Notes under the pieces: generated by a model
What the model saw: the letters and a program-made list of their open reading frames with translations, nothing else
Database searches by the model: none
What the model was told of the DNA's origin: nothing
Shown here: positions 24,823-38,752 of the stretch, one piece after another
How the letters are laid out: each line of letters starts with the position of its first letter
How positions within the stretch are numbered: position 1 is the stretch's first letter
Origin: Camelus ferus
Taxonomy: Eukaryota
Length of the DNA stretch: 64,000 nucleotides
Reading direction: 5' to 3'
Assembly (NCBI RefSeq): GCF_009834535.1
Contig: NC_045697.1
Span: 34,722,001-34,786,000 of the forward strand
Program-made: the position numbers and the translations under genes

Positions 24823-26714
24823 TCCAACCCTGAATTCTTAAGTGCCACGTACACTTGACTAACTTGATGTCACTTAACCAAGTACAAATATAAACTGAGT
24901 GGAAATTTCTCATGCTCATAGCTCTTGACAACTATCAGACCAAAGAGAGTTCACAAATTAAATACAAACAAAACTGCACAATAAATAAGATTTAAATTAA
25001 CAACCTATTTGAACATGAAGGACAGGGTGTGCTGGAATGGAATCCCTCTCCCAGAACTAGTTCCTTGGCGTCCATGTGCCTGCCTGTGTGCCAAGTGGTG
25101 CCCTCTTCAACCCTCTCTCAGTTTCAACTATGGGGAACCCCTGTCTGCACACACACTGCCAGCCTATCACGAGGCCTCTGCTTGGCCCCACCAAACTGAT
25201 CAGTGTTCAGTCAGCCTCTGTTCTCTCTCAAGAGGGACAACAATTAAAACAGACCATAAATACAAACCCAAAGATGGCTGCTGACACAGCATGTCTAGTA
25301 ACAAGGGACCATCCAGAGAACACAGACAGAAGACATTTTATATACAATATACAAATAAAATTGCTAGAACTTGCAGCCATCAGCAGATGGACAGGTGGAC
25401 CAAAACTTACTACTGACATTCATCATGACACCATGTTATCATGACCCTTCCTTCACTCAGCCACACTCATCAAAGATTGATTCTGACTTCCTTCTGCCAC
25501 CAGCAAGACACAGATACCCAAGAGCCATGATAGAGATTTTAAAAGTGCAGAATTTCTGGCCTTTAAGTAATTTACAACCAGATACTTGCTAAACTTAAGG
25601 AGAGGAAGGATAATGTTGACAATGAAAGTATGGATGGGTCAATATTGAAAGGCTAAAGAATTCTAGTCAACCCTTGAAAAGGAAAGAAAGAAAATGATGA
25701 ATTCTACCAAAAATCTCAAATGAGCCAAAAGGCCTGCTTTGTACATGAAGGTTCTTCTCCATTTCCACTCAGAACAGAGCTAGAGGAATGGGCCCTCCAG
25801 TGCAGCAGGACACATTAATCACGAGAAACAAGGACAACGTCAGGATACGTGTGGCATTTTTCTTGTGGATACTGGGAATAATTTTGACATAGACCTTTGC
25901 AGTATCAGGAAAAGTAGAATAAATAACATATAAAATCATTTCGAATTTGGTGATTCTATGATGAAATGCCCCCTCTTTACCAAGTACTAAATTCTAGTGA
26001 AAAGTAGAAGAAAGCAAAAACAAAAACTTGGCTTCCTAATATTTTTTCCTCCCTTTTAACCAACCAACCAAATAATAACTGACATGGGCACTTTACATTT
26101 TACAAAGTGCTTTTTATACTAAACAAACAAACAAACAAACAAAAAGAGAACTTTTACATTAAGAAGCCAATAGTTAATGTACACACGAGTAGTTTAATTA
26201 TGAAGATTGTGGTTTCTAACATAATATCCAGAATAAAAACAGGATGCTGAAAAACCTCCATAAATGATAAGGAATCTGAGGGCAAAAAAAATCCCATTTC
26301 CAATGTAACAATAATCTTCATATAAGATTTTGCCAACGCAAATAATCGTAAGGTTTCTAGAGCTAGTTTTTCACTATATTCAAAGTTAAAGTTTTTATTC
26401 CCCTCAAGTGGTCATTTCCTCTTACTTTCTATACTTCTGGCAACCCATTTCCCAACTTCCCTTTGCAGCCCAAGGACACTTTCAAAAACAAATACCATGT
26501 ATGTTTTATTATAGTTGAAAACAAAACTTACCAACATAAGTGTTTTGAAATAAGTCTTAAAATTAGTAAAAATTGGAATAAGTTATGTAGAAATCAACAT
26601 ACACAGATCCCTTACTTCATAAATTTCATGGAACAGACTCCCAAATTCAAGGAATTCCAGAGTTAGTAATTTCAATCCAAAAACGACAAATCCCTGGGAG
26701 CAGAGACAATGCTA

Positions 26715-27288
26715 GTAATCTGGTTTGCCACATTTTGCCCTTCTTTCTGGGTGCCCAGCAAGACTGCATTTTCCCAGCTCCGTGCACTTAGGCGAGGCCG
26801 TGCTCCTAAGCTCTAGCTAAAGGACTGTAGGCGAAAGTGATGCAACCCCACTTCCAGGCCTCTAAAACCTCTCAGACCACCCTCCATCTTCCATCGCCTC
26901 CCTCGCCCCCAGCTACACGTAGAAGATCAAGTGGAAGATTCTGAGGACTGCTAATGGGTACAAGACTTCTTTTCGGGGTGACGAATATGTTCTAAGTTGA
27001 TTGCAGTGATAGTTACACAACTCTGTGAACATATTAAAAACCATGGAATTGCACAATTTAAGTGGGTGTACTGTATGGCATGTGAATTATATCTCAATAA
27101 AGTTGTCTCTAAAAACAAATAAACAAAAAAGACAACAGAGCCACTAGATAGAAGGAGCCTGGATCCCTGAATCACCATGTGGAAGGCAGTTATATACAAT
27201 GTTGGCAAGCAAGAAATTTTCTATTGTGTTAACAGCACTGGAATTCGGGGGTTGTATGTTACAATAGTTTGCTACCTTGAACAATACA
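26715..27288 (+). mobile_element. MLT1H/I/J-like MaLR LTR split by an L1MB-like 3' end (~26948-27130)
   Basis: MLT1 motifs gactgcattttcccagctcc and gaaggagcctggatccctgaatcacc flank the L1 3'UTR motif ctaatgggtacaag...tatctcaataaag. Confidence 0.7.
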
Positions 27289-27369
27289 TTCTAGGACAGG
27301 AAGACCTCACATCTCAGCTACTCAATACTTGAGACTCCAGATCCAGAAAGGGAACATGTTGAACTAAAT

Positions 27370-27648
27370 CAGTGTTTCCCAAGGTATGCTATGGAGGTTT
27401 CTGGGAGGTGGTTTTAGGTAGAATTTGGACAAACATTTCTTTTCATTGTATTTAGTTTTATGGTTACCTTTTATTAATGGTTTACCATTTACTGAGTGAT
27501 ACAGTTTCCTTTCAAAATCAGTATATTTAAGGGAAATTAGTTAAAGGAAAACTAGTATTAAATTAATACTAGTATGAATGAGATAGCACATATATATGTG
27601 AAAATTATGTAAGTAATATGCATAATGGCTTAAGTTTGGACAACACTG
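27370..27648. mobile_element. hAT-Charlie MITE (~280 bp)
   Basis: TIRs cagtgtttcccaa / ttggacaacactg. Degenerate 8-bp TSD aactaaat / ggttaaat. Confidence 0.7.
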
Positions 27649-29189
27649 GGTTAAATTATCACTTCATTTCCAATTCTAACATTCCTTGATTTTTGTTATT
27701 TTGTTATTTGTACCTGTACTCCTCCACTACCTGGCCTGCCTGGTATACCTCCTGCTACATAAGTTAAGAGTACACTTATGTGGGACAAGATTCAATCCAA
27801 AGGTCTATATTCAGCTAAAAACCCCACAGACATTACACATAATGATTCTCAGCCACCTCTCCTCAGAGACACACATTTCTGCACAAACCCCAAATGCCTA
27901 CTCGTTCCCACCCCCACCAGATTTCAATATTCCTTACTGATAAGGTATAGAAAATGCAGAAGTAGAAACTGGATTTTTATAGCAACATTTGACTTCTGGG
28001 GCAGAACTCGCACCTGGACACATTTTCTGCCTAGTGTGGTGCACAGGGCAGCATTTTACTAGGAAATAAGAACACATAAGAAACTCGGTATTGAAAATTG
28101 GGCTCTGAATCTGGCAGCAAAAGGTACAAAATAATGAGACTCCCTGGGGTGAACTTAAATATATTAAATCAGAGCATCTGATTTAACCCATATTTGAGTA
28201 GTTAACATAGTAACAGGCAACACACATGCATCACTGTGTGCCAAGGCTTTCTTTCATAAATCAACCCATTTAAGCCTTCCAATAACCTCTACACCATCCT
28301 ACGGCTTCAAAAAAGTCAGGAGAAAAACACCTGAGAGAAATCTGGAGCTGGGTCACACAGCAGACCTGAGGAAGGACAGCCCCTGGCCAGGATCTAATAC
28401 ATGAAATGCCTACCATATGCTAAACACACTGAGTTAGACCTCATGGGAGGTCATGCTATTGTGCTTGCAAACCTAAGTATTAATGTGAGTAGTGGCTGGA
28501 TGTAAATGCCAGCTCCACGGTCCCATGCAAATTAATTAATCTCATTTAGTCCCCATTTCCTCACTTGTAAAATGGGGCTATTAAATAACCTATCTCATAG
28601 ATTATTGTGAAGATTAATTGTGATACTCTCATAAAGCACTCAGCACAGTATCTGGCCCATCGCAATCACTAATATGTTATTTAGTATAATTTTTTTCCCT
28701 TTAGATAAAATATTTCTAAAATTTTTCAGCACTTAAACTCTTTTTCTCACAAACAGATCCTTAATTTTTTTCAACCATATAGTTTCTAATTGCTACAGAA
28801 TTCAACAAGGAAAAAGGATTTAACAGAGATCTTTGAAGTATTCTACTGGGTTTTACATTGTATCTTTAGGTAACATAGCAGGATTTCTCAGTGGAATTCA
28901 GCAAATATTTCAAATATTTCAAAAACTCAAAAAATAAAGGAATAGACAATGAAGCTTAACTATAGTGCACAAAATATCACAAAACAAACTAGGGAAAAGG
29001 GATAATAGCGAAACACCCTTTCTTTTGAAATAAAATAGTATTTTAAGAAGCTATTTTTTTAAATAATTAGGTCCTATATATCAATTACCATAGAAATGTA
29101 GGAAAAGTCCAGCAATTACTTAGGACAATACGTGCTGAGCATTTACCATAAAGTGCTCAGCATAAGAGATGTGGAGATTTAAAAGCATG

Positions 29190-29750
29190 GCCACTGTATT
29201 TACCCAAGAGAAACAATGGCATCTGACCAAAGACCTGTACAATAATATTCACAGCAGCTTTATCTGTTGTAGCTGAAAACTGGAAACAACCCAAATGTCC
29301 ATCAATAGGTGACTGGACAATGAAATACTTCACAGTAATAAAAAGAAATGCAATATTGATGCAGAGAAATGGATTTGTATCAAAATAGTATTCTAGGTGA
29401 AAGAAGCTAGCTTAAAAAAAAAAAAACTCCATGAGTTTGTTAATTCTAAAATTCTCATAAATGCAAACCAATCTAGAGGGTCAAAAATCAGATTACCTAG
29501 GGATAGTAGGAATAAAAGAGAAAGAAATTCATTTTGTATGAACTACAGAAGGGACATGAGGAAACTTCTGGGGGTAATGGATATGTTCATTATTTTACTG
29601 TAGCGATGGTTTCACAGGTGTATACATACGTCAAAACTCCTCAAATAACACAACTGAAATATACACATTTTACTATAGATTTTATTATAGATTATTATTA
29701 TTATAGATTTTATTATAGATTGATTATAACCTCAAGAGACCTGAAAAAAA
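29190..29750 (+). mobile_element. Old L1M 3' fragment
   Basis: aactggaaacaacccaaatgtccatcaatagg and acatgaggaaacttctgggggtaatggatatgttcattat. Confidence 0.75.
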
Positions 29751-29903
29751 AATATAGCCCCTGCCCTCAGGAACCTTGTAATCTGGGAACATTTGAAAAC
29801 TAAGGAACTCTCTGCTAACAATTTAGTGTTCTAAATCATAGGCTTAAAAGGGAAAAACCAACAACAATGAAAGAAAATAACTGATATAAGCAAACTAACT
29901 TCA

Positions 29904-31371
29904 ACAAAAACAGACATATAGACCAATGGAACAGAATAGAGAGCCCAGAAATGAACCCACAAACTTTTGGTCAACTAATCTTCGACAAAGGAGGCAAGAA
30001 TATACAATGGAATAAAGACAGTCTCTTCAGCAAATGGTGTTGGGAAAACTGGACAGCAGCATGTAAAACAATGAAGCTAGAACACTCCCTTACACCATAT
30101 ACAAAAATCAACTCAAAATGGATCAAGGACTTAAACATAAGACAAGATACAATAAACCTCCTAGAGGAAAACATAGGCAAAACATTATCTGACATACATT
30201 TCAAAAATTTTCTCCTAGAAGAAATAAAAGCAAGAATAAACAAATGGGACCTAATGAAACTTACAAGCTTCTACACAGCAAAGGAAACCAAAAGTAAAAC
30301 AAGAAGACAGCCTACAGAATGGGAGAAAATTTTTGCAAGTGAAACCGACAAAGGCTTGATCTCCAGAATATATAAGCAGCTCATACGACTCAATAAGAAA
30401 AAAATAAACAACCCAATCCAAAAATGGGCAGAAGACCTAAACAAGCAATTCTCCAAGGAAGACATACAAATGATCAAAAGGCACATGAAAAAATGCTCAA
30501 TATCACTAATTATCAGAGAAATGCAAATCAAAACTACAATGAGGTATCACCTCACACCAGTCAGAATGGCCGTCATTCAAAAATCCACAAATGACAAATG
30601 CTGGAGAGGCTGTGGAGAAAGGGGAACCCTCCTACACTGCTGGTGGGAATGCAGTTTGGTGAAGCCACTATGGAAAATAGTGTGGAGATTCCTCAAAAGA
30701 CTAGGAATAGACTTACCATATGACCCAGGAATCCCACTCCTGGGCTTGTATCCAGAAGGAACCCTACTTCAGGATGACACCTGCACCCCAATGTTCACAG
30801 CAGCACTATTTACAATAGCCAAAACATGGAAACAGCCTTAATGTCCATCAACAGGTGACTGGATAAAGAAGAGGTGGTATATTTATACAATGGAATACTA
30901 CTCAGCCATAAAAACCAACAACATAATGCCATTTGCAGCAACATGGATGCTCCTGGAGAATGTCATTCTAAGTGAAGTAAGCCAGAAAGAGAAAGAAAAA
31001 TACCATATGAGATCGCTCATATGTGGAATCTAAAAAACAAAAACAAAAACAAACAAACAAACAAACAAAAACAAAGCATAAATACAGGACAGAAATAGAC
31101 TCATAGACAGAGAATACAGACTTGTGGTTGCCAGGGGGGTGGAGGGTGGGAAGGGATAGACTGGGATTTCAAAATTGTAGAATAGATAAACAAGATTATA
31201 CTGTATAGCATGGGGAAATATACACAAAATGTTATGATAACTCACAGAGAAAAAAATGCGACAATGAGTGTGTATATGTCCAAGAATGACTGAAAAATTG
31301 TGCTGAACACTGGAATTTGACACAACATTGTAAAATGATTATAAATCAATAAAAAATGTTAAAAAAAAAAA
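29904..31371 (+). mobile_element. Young 5'-truncated L1 (1.47 kb): ORF2 C-terminus, 3'UTR and poly(A), with a perfect 16-bp TSD
   Basis: ORF 29951..30841 is the L1 ORF2 C-terminus with the CCHC knuckle ([18 protein letters not shown]). TSD aagcaaactaacttca at 29888-29903 and 31372-31387. Confidence 0.97.
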
Positions 31372-32265
31372 AAGCAAACTAACTTCAGCTTATAATGGGC
31401 CAGAAGCAGGCAATCCATCAGTTCTCATTTAAATGAAGGCTCTACCTCAGTATTTATTCTGATGTAAAAAAAGCCAATCCATCCACCCGACTCATCCAGT
31501 ACTAAATGAACTTCTAGTTAAGAAATAAAATTATTTTAATACCTTCCCCCAAACCTGGAGTCTGGTCCCAGCCTCCTCTTTCTCTCCTTCTCATCACCCC
31601 CTTCTTCAAGGCAGGCATGGTAAAGGTCACCCACTGGAGGGTCAGTGAAGACACATCCACTTCCTCCCCGGCACCTGGTGCCTAGCAGGTGCCACTGACT
31701 TTTTGCATAAGTGCATGAATGAATGAGGACATGAATGAACAGGAGGGGATTCGGCCAAGTGGAGAGGAGGCCTTCCTCGGATCTAATTTCACAATATCCA
31801 GTCAGAGTCACCACTGTTCTGTGTCTGTGCTGTTTCAGAGAAGAGCTGTTTCAGAGAAGAGTTCCAGCCAGCTCTATTTCCGCCACTGCTCTCTCAGACA
31901 CATGCTGTACGAGGTGGCCACAGGCATGCCACAAATCGCCAGGACCCAAGAGGCCCTTCCTCCGCTCCTCCTGTTCAATCAAAGCACACTGCTGCATGTG
32001 TGAACCCCAGTTTAGAGAGTAGCTGTCAGGTTGTAATTCTCAGAGATACAACTTCTGTCATGGGACCCCCTCCTCAACCACAGAGGTGGTAATCACTGGA
32101 GGTGCCCTGCAAATGTCTGCCTTCTTTTTTTTAAGTAGCAAAAGAGAAGGAAGAGGGGAAAAAGAGAGGAGGAAGTTCCTTTACCCTAGGTTTCAGTTGT
32201 CAGGTTTCTATGGTTAACAGTTTCTATGGTAAGCAGCACTTGGCTTCTGTACTAGGAATTCTGTG

Positions 32266-32317
32266 TACGTGTGTGTGTGTGTGTGTGTGTGTGAGCGTGT
32301 GTGTGTGTGCGTGCGTG
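32266..32317. repeat. (GT)n/(GC) alternating purine-pyrimidine microsatellite
   Basis: Seen directly. Other (CA)n tracts lie at ~10996-11028, 13408-13448, 13880-13905 and 19313-19349. Confidence 0.95.
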
Positions 32318-33321
32318 TTCTGCGGCTCTCCAGTGGACCCTTCAAGGTTTCAGGTTTGTTTTTTAGTGACATTTTACATCTTTATAAAAGTGGAAATAAC
32401 TGGAATCACACAAACATGATCTCTTAGCAAGAGGAACTTGGGAGAGATAAGCTTTGGGAGTTTCTGGTGGGTGAGAGTTACAGACAGCAAACAGGGCAAA
32501 AGAGTAAATGCAATTTCCGGGGTAGGTGGTGGGTGGCAGGGGCAACTAGTAACGCAACCACACAAGGCAAACTGTGGCTTTGGCGCATGGTATGAACCTA
32601 CAACTCCAGCACAAGTAGGGATACAATTTCCACCCCCACTCCCAGTAGTCTCATCCTGGCCAAATGGACTGATGAAGTGACAAGCCAGAAAAAGGACAGC
32701 CCCAGGAGTGGCAACTGCCCCACAGCCTCACCCTACAAGGGTGACCCGTGACTTAACAGCAGGACTGTGTTTCTGGGCAGGGAAAAAGCTGGGAGGCTCG
32801 CACCCTCTCAGGAACTTACCCCTACGCTGTCCACACCACACCAGTTCCTTCACTAAGAAAAACCCCTCTCTCTGCTTATGTGATGTTAGCGGAGGGCAAA
32901 GGTGCTTGCATACACATATGAATTGGAAATATGATGTATTTAAAATTGAACTGAGCTTTGCTGGGGTACTGCAAAACCAGAGCATTCACTTGGTCTTTAA
33001 ATAAGTTTCTACTGGACCATGTACAATATTTCTCTAGTCCTCTCCAGTGTTAAAAGGACCACCCTGCAATTTGTTTTCTAAATACCTTAAAAATATTCAA
33101 CTGCACGTAATGATAGCTTCCCTAGACTGCTCACTGCCCCTGAGAAAGCAACATCTCTCCTTTTTTTTTCCACAATAAAGATAATCCGTCATGCTGGGAA
33201 AAGTTCCTTCCTTTTGCCTCTAGCAGGGCCTACAGAATGGGGACGAAGGGGCGGAGAGCAAGGAGGCAGACGTGGGGAGAAGGGATGACTATGAGAACAC
33301 CAGCAAGAAAGAGAAAGTGTG

Positions 33322-33760
33322 CTGAAGCAATGTCATTGGCAGCAACACGGGTGGACCTGGAGATTACCATACTAAGTGAAGTAAGCCAGAAAAAGACAAA
33401 TATCATATTTCACTCACAGGTGGAATCTTAAAGAGTGACACAATGAACTTATTTACAAAACAGAAAGGGACTCAGAGACACAGAAAACAAACTTATGGTT
33501 ATGGGGGTGGGGGGAGGGAGGGATAAATTGGGAGTTTGGGATTAGCTGCACAAACTACTATATATAAAATAGATAAACAAGGTCCTACAGTATAGCACAG
33601 GGAACTATATTCATTATCTTGTAATAGCCTATAATGAAAAAGAATATGAAAAAGAACACATATATGTATACAACTGAATACTATACTAATGCATGCTGTA
33701 CACCAGAAACTAATACATTGTAAATCAACTATACTCCAATTTTTAAAAATGGGGAAAAAA
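33322..33760 (+). mobile_element. L1 3' end (artiodactyl-type)
   Basis: gtggacctggagattaccatactaagtgaagtaagccag...ccagaaactaatacattgtaaatcaactatactccaat. Confidence 0.88.
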
Positions 33761-35292
33761 ACCCAAATGGCCTCCCCACTGGGGGAGGGGCGGGGGTGTA
33801 ATCCTCATAAAAGATTAAAAAAAGAGAGGGAAAATGTGTATATTAGATCAAGGTCTCTCACAAGAGAAGTAACCTGCCCATCAATTCTCCTCACAGTAAG
33901 ATATTCAAAGAGAGATACACAGAACTGCCTAGTTCCTTGGGTTTCTGTGGGCCTAATGGTTGCCAATCACAGCTTTTATTATGGTTTTTGTAGGAATATT
34001 CGCTTTGTGTTACAATTAATCAATTTACAGAAAACTTTGGTAGCATAACTGCTTAATTGGGAACATCTTATAGGTAACCAAAATTATTTTTAAAACAATT
34101 TCTTCCACTAACTGGATGTGCTTCAAGACATCCAGGAAGCTCTGCTGAGGTGTGGTGATAGTACTAAGGGTCTACCTAGATGGGGACTCCGTGCCTTTTG
34201 GAGATGGATAGTGAAGCACCTGTAGAAGAAATGGTGTGCTTTCCACAAGACAGTGAGAGTGGGGAGGATTTTCTACAAGATAATGGAGGTGGGAGAAGTA
34301 TGACTTAGGGTCATCTGGCTGGTGCTGGGTACCGGATTGGGGGGGGTGTCACTGTACTATTCCTTCTACTCTTGAGTATATTTGAAACTTTCCATAATAA
34401 AAGTCTAAAAAATACTTCTTCCCATCTCATTTCATTGAATCCTGATCAAAGCTGTCATTGGATCTACTTCTCACAAAAATTTTTGTGAGAATATGGAAAG
34501 GGTCCTTTATAAACTGGTAAAAAGTAGAGATGGGCAGATTACTTAACTGCTACTAAAAAAGCTTCAGCTGTCCTTGTATAACGGACACACTGGATTTAGA
34601 AGAAGCAGCGAAACAGCCCCTGCTGTCCACGCAACTGCTCTTAGGGGTCACGTCTACACAGCTCCTTGCATCCATCAACCTCCAGGTACTCTGTAATTAA
34701 CTACAGAGCTACTGATCCTGCTGAAGAACTGAGTTATTTAGCATCTGCATCTTACAACTGGGTAAATGGGGTACTGAGGTGAAACCACCTGCTCAAGGGC
34801 AGATGAAGAAGATACAGAACCCTGGGCTGCACTGCTCTACTCTGTACTGGCTGTCACAGATGGGGGCCACATTTAACAATTCATCTCCTCTTAGTCTGCT
34901 ATTGTGAATGTAATTAACTCTCAAATATTCTAGGAAAAATTAATCCATGTTGCAGAAAATATGGCCATTCCAAGAGATGCTCCCCAATGCCAAATATAAG
35001 ATCCCCACAGCCCAACAGCCAGGTTATGCTCACTGCGAGCCCACCAGCACTTGTGATGGGGCACTACCTGTCTGACTGTCCTCTTCCTCACCCTGTCACC
35101 GCCCTTCCGGGTGCAGAGGTACCACATCACACCACCTAGACAGCAACCAGCCTTGGAAGGCTTTTGAGGAACTTGTAGGAGTTACTGTAGTAACAACTCC
35201 AGTGAGTATATCTGAAACCTCCATATTACCAAGCACAGCTAAGTGGATTCAGAAAGAGAAGTGGCTCTTCTCATCAATCCATGAAAATACTA

Positions 35293-35371
35293 TTAGGGCA
35301 AACCATATGAAACTGCCATTTCTGGAGTCAAAAACGATCAAATACTGGTAATTTCAGATGGTTCAATTTAA
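35293..35371. mobile_element. MADE2 mariner MITE (79 bp)
   Basis: Palindromic ttagggcaaaccatatgaaactgcc...ggtaatttcagatggttcaatttaa, with a TA duplication at 35291-92 and 35372-73. Confidence 0.85.
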
Positions 35372-36559
35372 TACATTTTGTACCTTTAGAATATTTTGGT
35401 CCTACTCACATACCTTGTACTCTGAAATAAAAGTAGCCTGTACTTTTTCTCACTTCTACATATCATAAATGCAGTTACTATCTGTGAGGCTCTTGTCAAA
35501 GACCAGATGCTCATAATAGACAGGCAGGGGATGGCGCCCACCTGGGGGTATCACCACCAGCACCCGGCACAGTCAGAACTCAACCAATATTTGGTGTAGA
35601 CAATCTAGGAAAATGTTGGGATTTGAATTCGATTTAACTTAGCCAAATTAAAGCATCAGACAGTTAACCTGGAATAACAGTAATTATTTAAAAACTATTT
35701 CGATTCCTAAAAATTGATAGTTGTTTCACTGTAGCATGTTTCATGGGTATCACGACTGTGGACTTTGCAATCTGTAAGCTTTTCATGCTTAGTTTTGAAA
35801 GGAAGGAGGCCACACTGAATAGTTTATGTCAGAAAGTCAGAAAGTCTTACACTCCATACACAAGATATTATCCAAGGTCAGGAATTAACTCACATACTCT
35901 CATACCTTTCTGTTATCTCCCCTACATCTCCTCACCCCTCCAGCTCTTACAGTCAGCATTTATGTAGTATCTGCTCCTGTTCTCAGGAATTTCCAACAGA
36001 TTGGGAAGAGATGGTTACTCATAAAGCAATGTGGAATGCTCTTCCTGGAACAAAATGCAGTGGGACAAAGAGAAAAGAGGTGAATTCTTCCAGAAGAAGA
36101 GTCAGAGAAGGCTGCACAGAGGATATGTCTCTTCGAGCTAAGCCTTAAATTGTGAATAAGAATACTACCTACAAGTAGAACATCATAAGCAAAGGCATGT
36201 AGCTACAAAAGAGCCTGGCAGATTTAGGGATGCCAGTGCACCGGGGTGTTCAGATGTACTGAGGAGGACAGGTGGAAGAGGCAGGATCAGAGACTGGGAG
36301 GCTCAGAAGAGACCAGATTACAAAGTGCTCTATATATCAGGCTATGGGGTTGCACTTCATCTTTAAGGCTATGAGGATCCTTGGCCTTAAATTGTATGCA
36401 AGGGCCCAGGCTGTTAAAAACAGAAAGCTAAGCTTGGCTCTATTACCTGGTGTGCTATTCTTTTTTGGAGGAAGAAACCTGGGTAGCTTTTGAAAAACAA
36501 AAATAAGAGAACAAATCACTTTTACTTCGTTTTATATATTTTATATCTCATTCAACTAA

Positions 36560-36800
36560 GAGCAAAGACTGTGGAGCTAGAATGCCTGAGTTTGCATCCC
36601 AGTTCTGCCACTTACTTGCTGTGCCTCCTTGGAAAAGTTACTTAACCTCTCTGTGCTTTAGTTTCTATAGCTGTCCCATGGGATGAATAACAGCACCACA
36701 ACTTCCTAAGTTTGTTGTAAGAATTAGAGTCAATTTATGTTAAGCATTCAGAACAAAGCTGACAAATTGTAAATGCTTAATAAGTTTAGCTATTAATACT
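36560..36800 (+). mobile_element. MIR SINE (representative; similar MIR cores at ~1440-1720, 7990-8200, 11920-12125, 28460-28680, 37420-37620, 40730-40920, 42290-42480, 51080-51340)
   Basis: MIR core: cccagttctgccacttacttgctgtg...aagttacttaacctctctgtgctttagtttc. Confidence 0.8.
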
Positions 36801-37614
36801 ATTCTTTTAAACAATATTAGTCCTTAGGGAAAATAAAGCAAAAGTCACTAGTTCTATCAAAGGAAAGACCCTTACACCTACCTTCTAGACTTGAGGAAAG
36901 ATCTTCTGAGAATTGATGTCAAATTTGACTGGGTCTTAGAAGAATGAGATTCTTCCTTGGATCATGACAAATATCAGTTCCCTAAAATTACAGGGGGATA
37001 TAACAGAAATGACCAGTATCTACCTACATCCACTCTTTTCACCCAGAAAAAAAGATTAACCTTTACTTCAGGGTCTGATAATTCTATTTTTAAAAAGGAC
37101 TTCTGATGCTTCACGTGACTGTACTATTTTTGCCCTTCGAGGCTATTTCTCTGTCTTACAGTATAAAACCAATACTGAATCAGCAAGCAACTATATTGGC
37201 ACTTCCTTTTTATGTTAGAAACAGTTGATCTCCGGTAACTCACAGTCTTAACACACAACCGCAAAGAGCACCTTTGGCCAAAGATTTCTCTTCCTTCAAA
37301 GCATAACAGTAATATTACAGAGACATATTTTTTACCAGGCTTCTTAGGCTTTTTTGAGGGCTAATGCATGTTCTGCTGAATATAAAGGTTGACATAAGTG
37401 TGATCCTTATGTATAAATGAGATAGCCTCAGCTGGGTTCCTGGCTCTGCTGCATCCTGGCCCTACAACCTTGGGTAAGGTATTCAACCTCCCCGTCTGTT
37501 TCCTCATCTGTAAAATGGGAATAACTGCATCTACTTATAAAGTTCAGAGAATTAAAGGTAATACCTGCAAAGCACTTAAGACCATGCATGACATATAGCA
37601 ATATAGAAGTATTT

Positions 37615-37645
<31 letters not shown>

Positions 37646-38752
37646 GCCCACAGAAAGGTCCCGAAGCCCGTCTGTTCCTAAGCTCAGACAGCAATCTTGA
37701 TTTTCGTTGTCCAAAAGGATGTGCATTCAGGATGACTAGGAAAGGATAAAAAGAATAATGTTTTCCATTTTCTCTCTTTTTGAAGGACTATCTTCCTTCT
37801 TAAAGTGTTTCTGAACCAACTAGACAGAAGCATTTGAAATATTCTGTCTGCATACAAATGGCCTTTCAGAGTAGGTGTTTTCTCCATTTAGAGATAAAGA
37901 AACTGAGACTCAGAGTTTTATCAACTGCCCAATGTCACAGCTGATATGTGATAGAACCAAGATTCAGAGCAGATCTGTCTGACTTTAAAGCCCACTGCGT
38001 GTCCACTAGGAAAGCTATCTTCTTTTAGGATAAACAGATTAGATTTGATGATTTCAAATCTACTTGTCTAGTCCCAACTTCTCACCTGTGCCTGATTGGG
38101 TATCTCTGATTACCTAGCAAGACCCTTCTCCTTATGTCTTTCATTTACATGCTTTTAACATGATTCAGAATAAATCCATCATATACATCCTTGAACCTGA
38201 ATCCCATTCAATCATTTTAATAACCAACTGTTACTTACCACAGGTCAAGTACTGGGCTAAGCAATGCCTTCATCTGTCTGTGATAGATTAGTTGAGAGAA
38301 AGACTGAAAATACAATTGTACCAATAATTTATTGAAGAGAGAGAGGTGGTAGAAAGTAAAAGCACAAGATAATATTATACAGGGAAAATTAATCTAACCT
38401 AGAAGATCAGAGAGGCTGTACTGAGAAAGTGATATTGAAGCTGAGACCTGAAGATGTTAGCCAGTCAAGAGAATGGAGACATGGGTTCTAGACAAAGGAC
38501 ATACATAAAGCACATATTCTAAGGTGAAAAGCAGCCAACCGTCTTTAAGAACAGAAAGACTGGTGAGCTGGAGGTTGGCAGTGAGGAAGAGAAGGAACTG
38601 CAAATGAATGTAGACAGGTGGGCAGGCTGCTGGACCAAAGGCCTGTTGAAGACTTTCGAGATTTAAATTGGGAGTAATGGGAAGCTTCTGAAAAGTTTTA
38701 AGCAGGAGAGGAACATGATCGTATTTGTGTTTTCAAAACATCACTGCAGCCA

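Noticed and set aside
29951..30841. 296-aa ORF as a host or domesticated gene
   Set aside because: It is the C-terminal fragment of L1 ORF2 inside a 5'-truncated, TSD-flanked copy, has no promoter and ends in a nonsense mutation.
33760..33840. Short 3' transduction after the L1 end at 33322-33760
   Set aside because: The candidate TSD (agagaaagtgtg / agggaaaatgtg) is too degenerate and low-complexity to support it.
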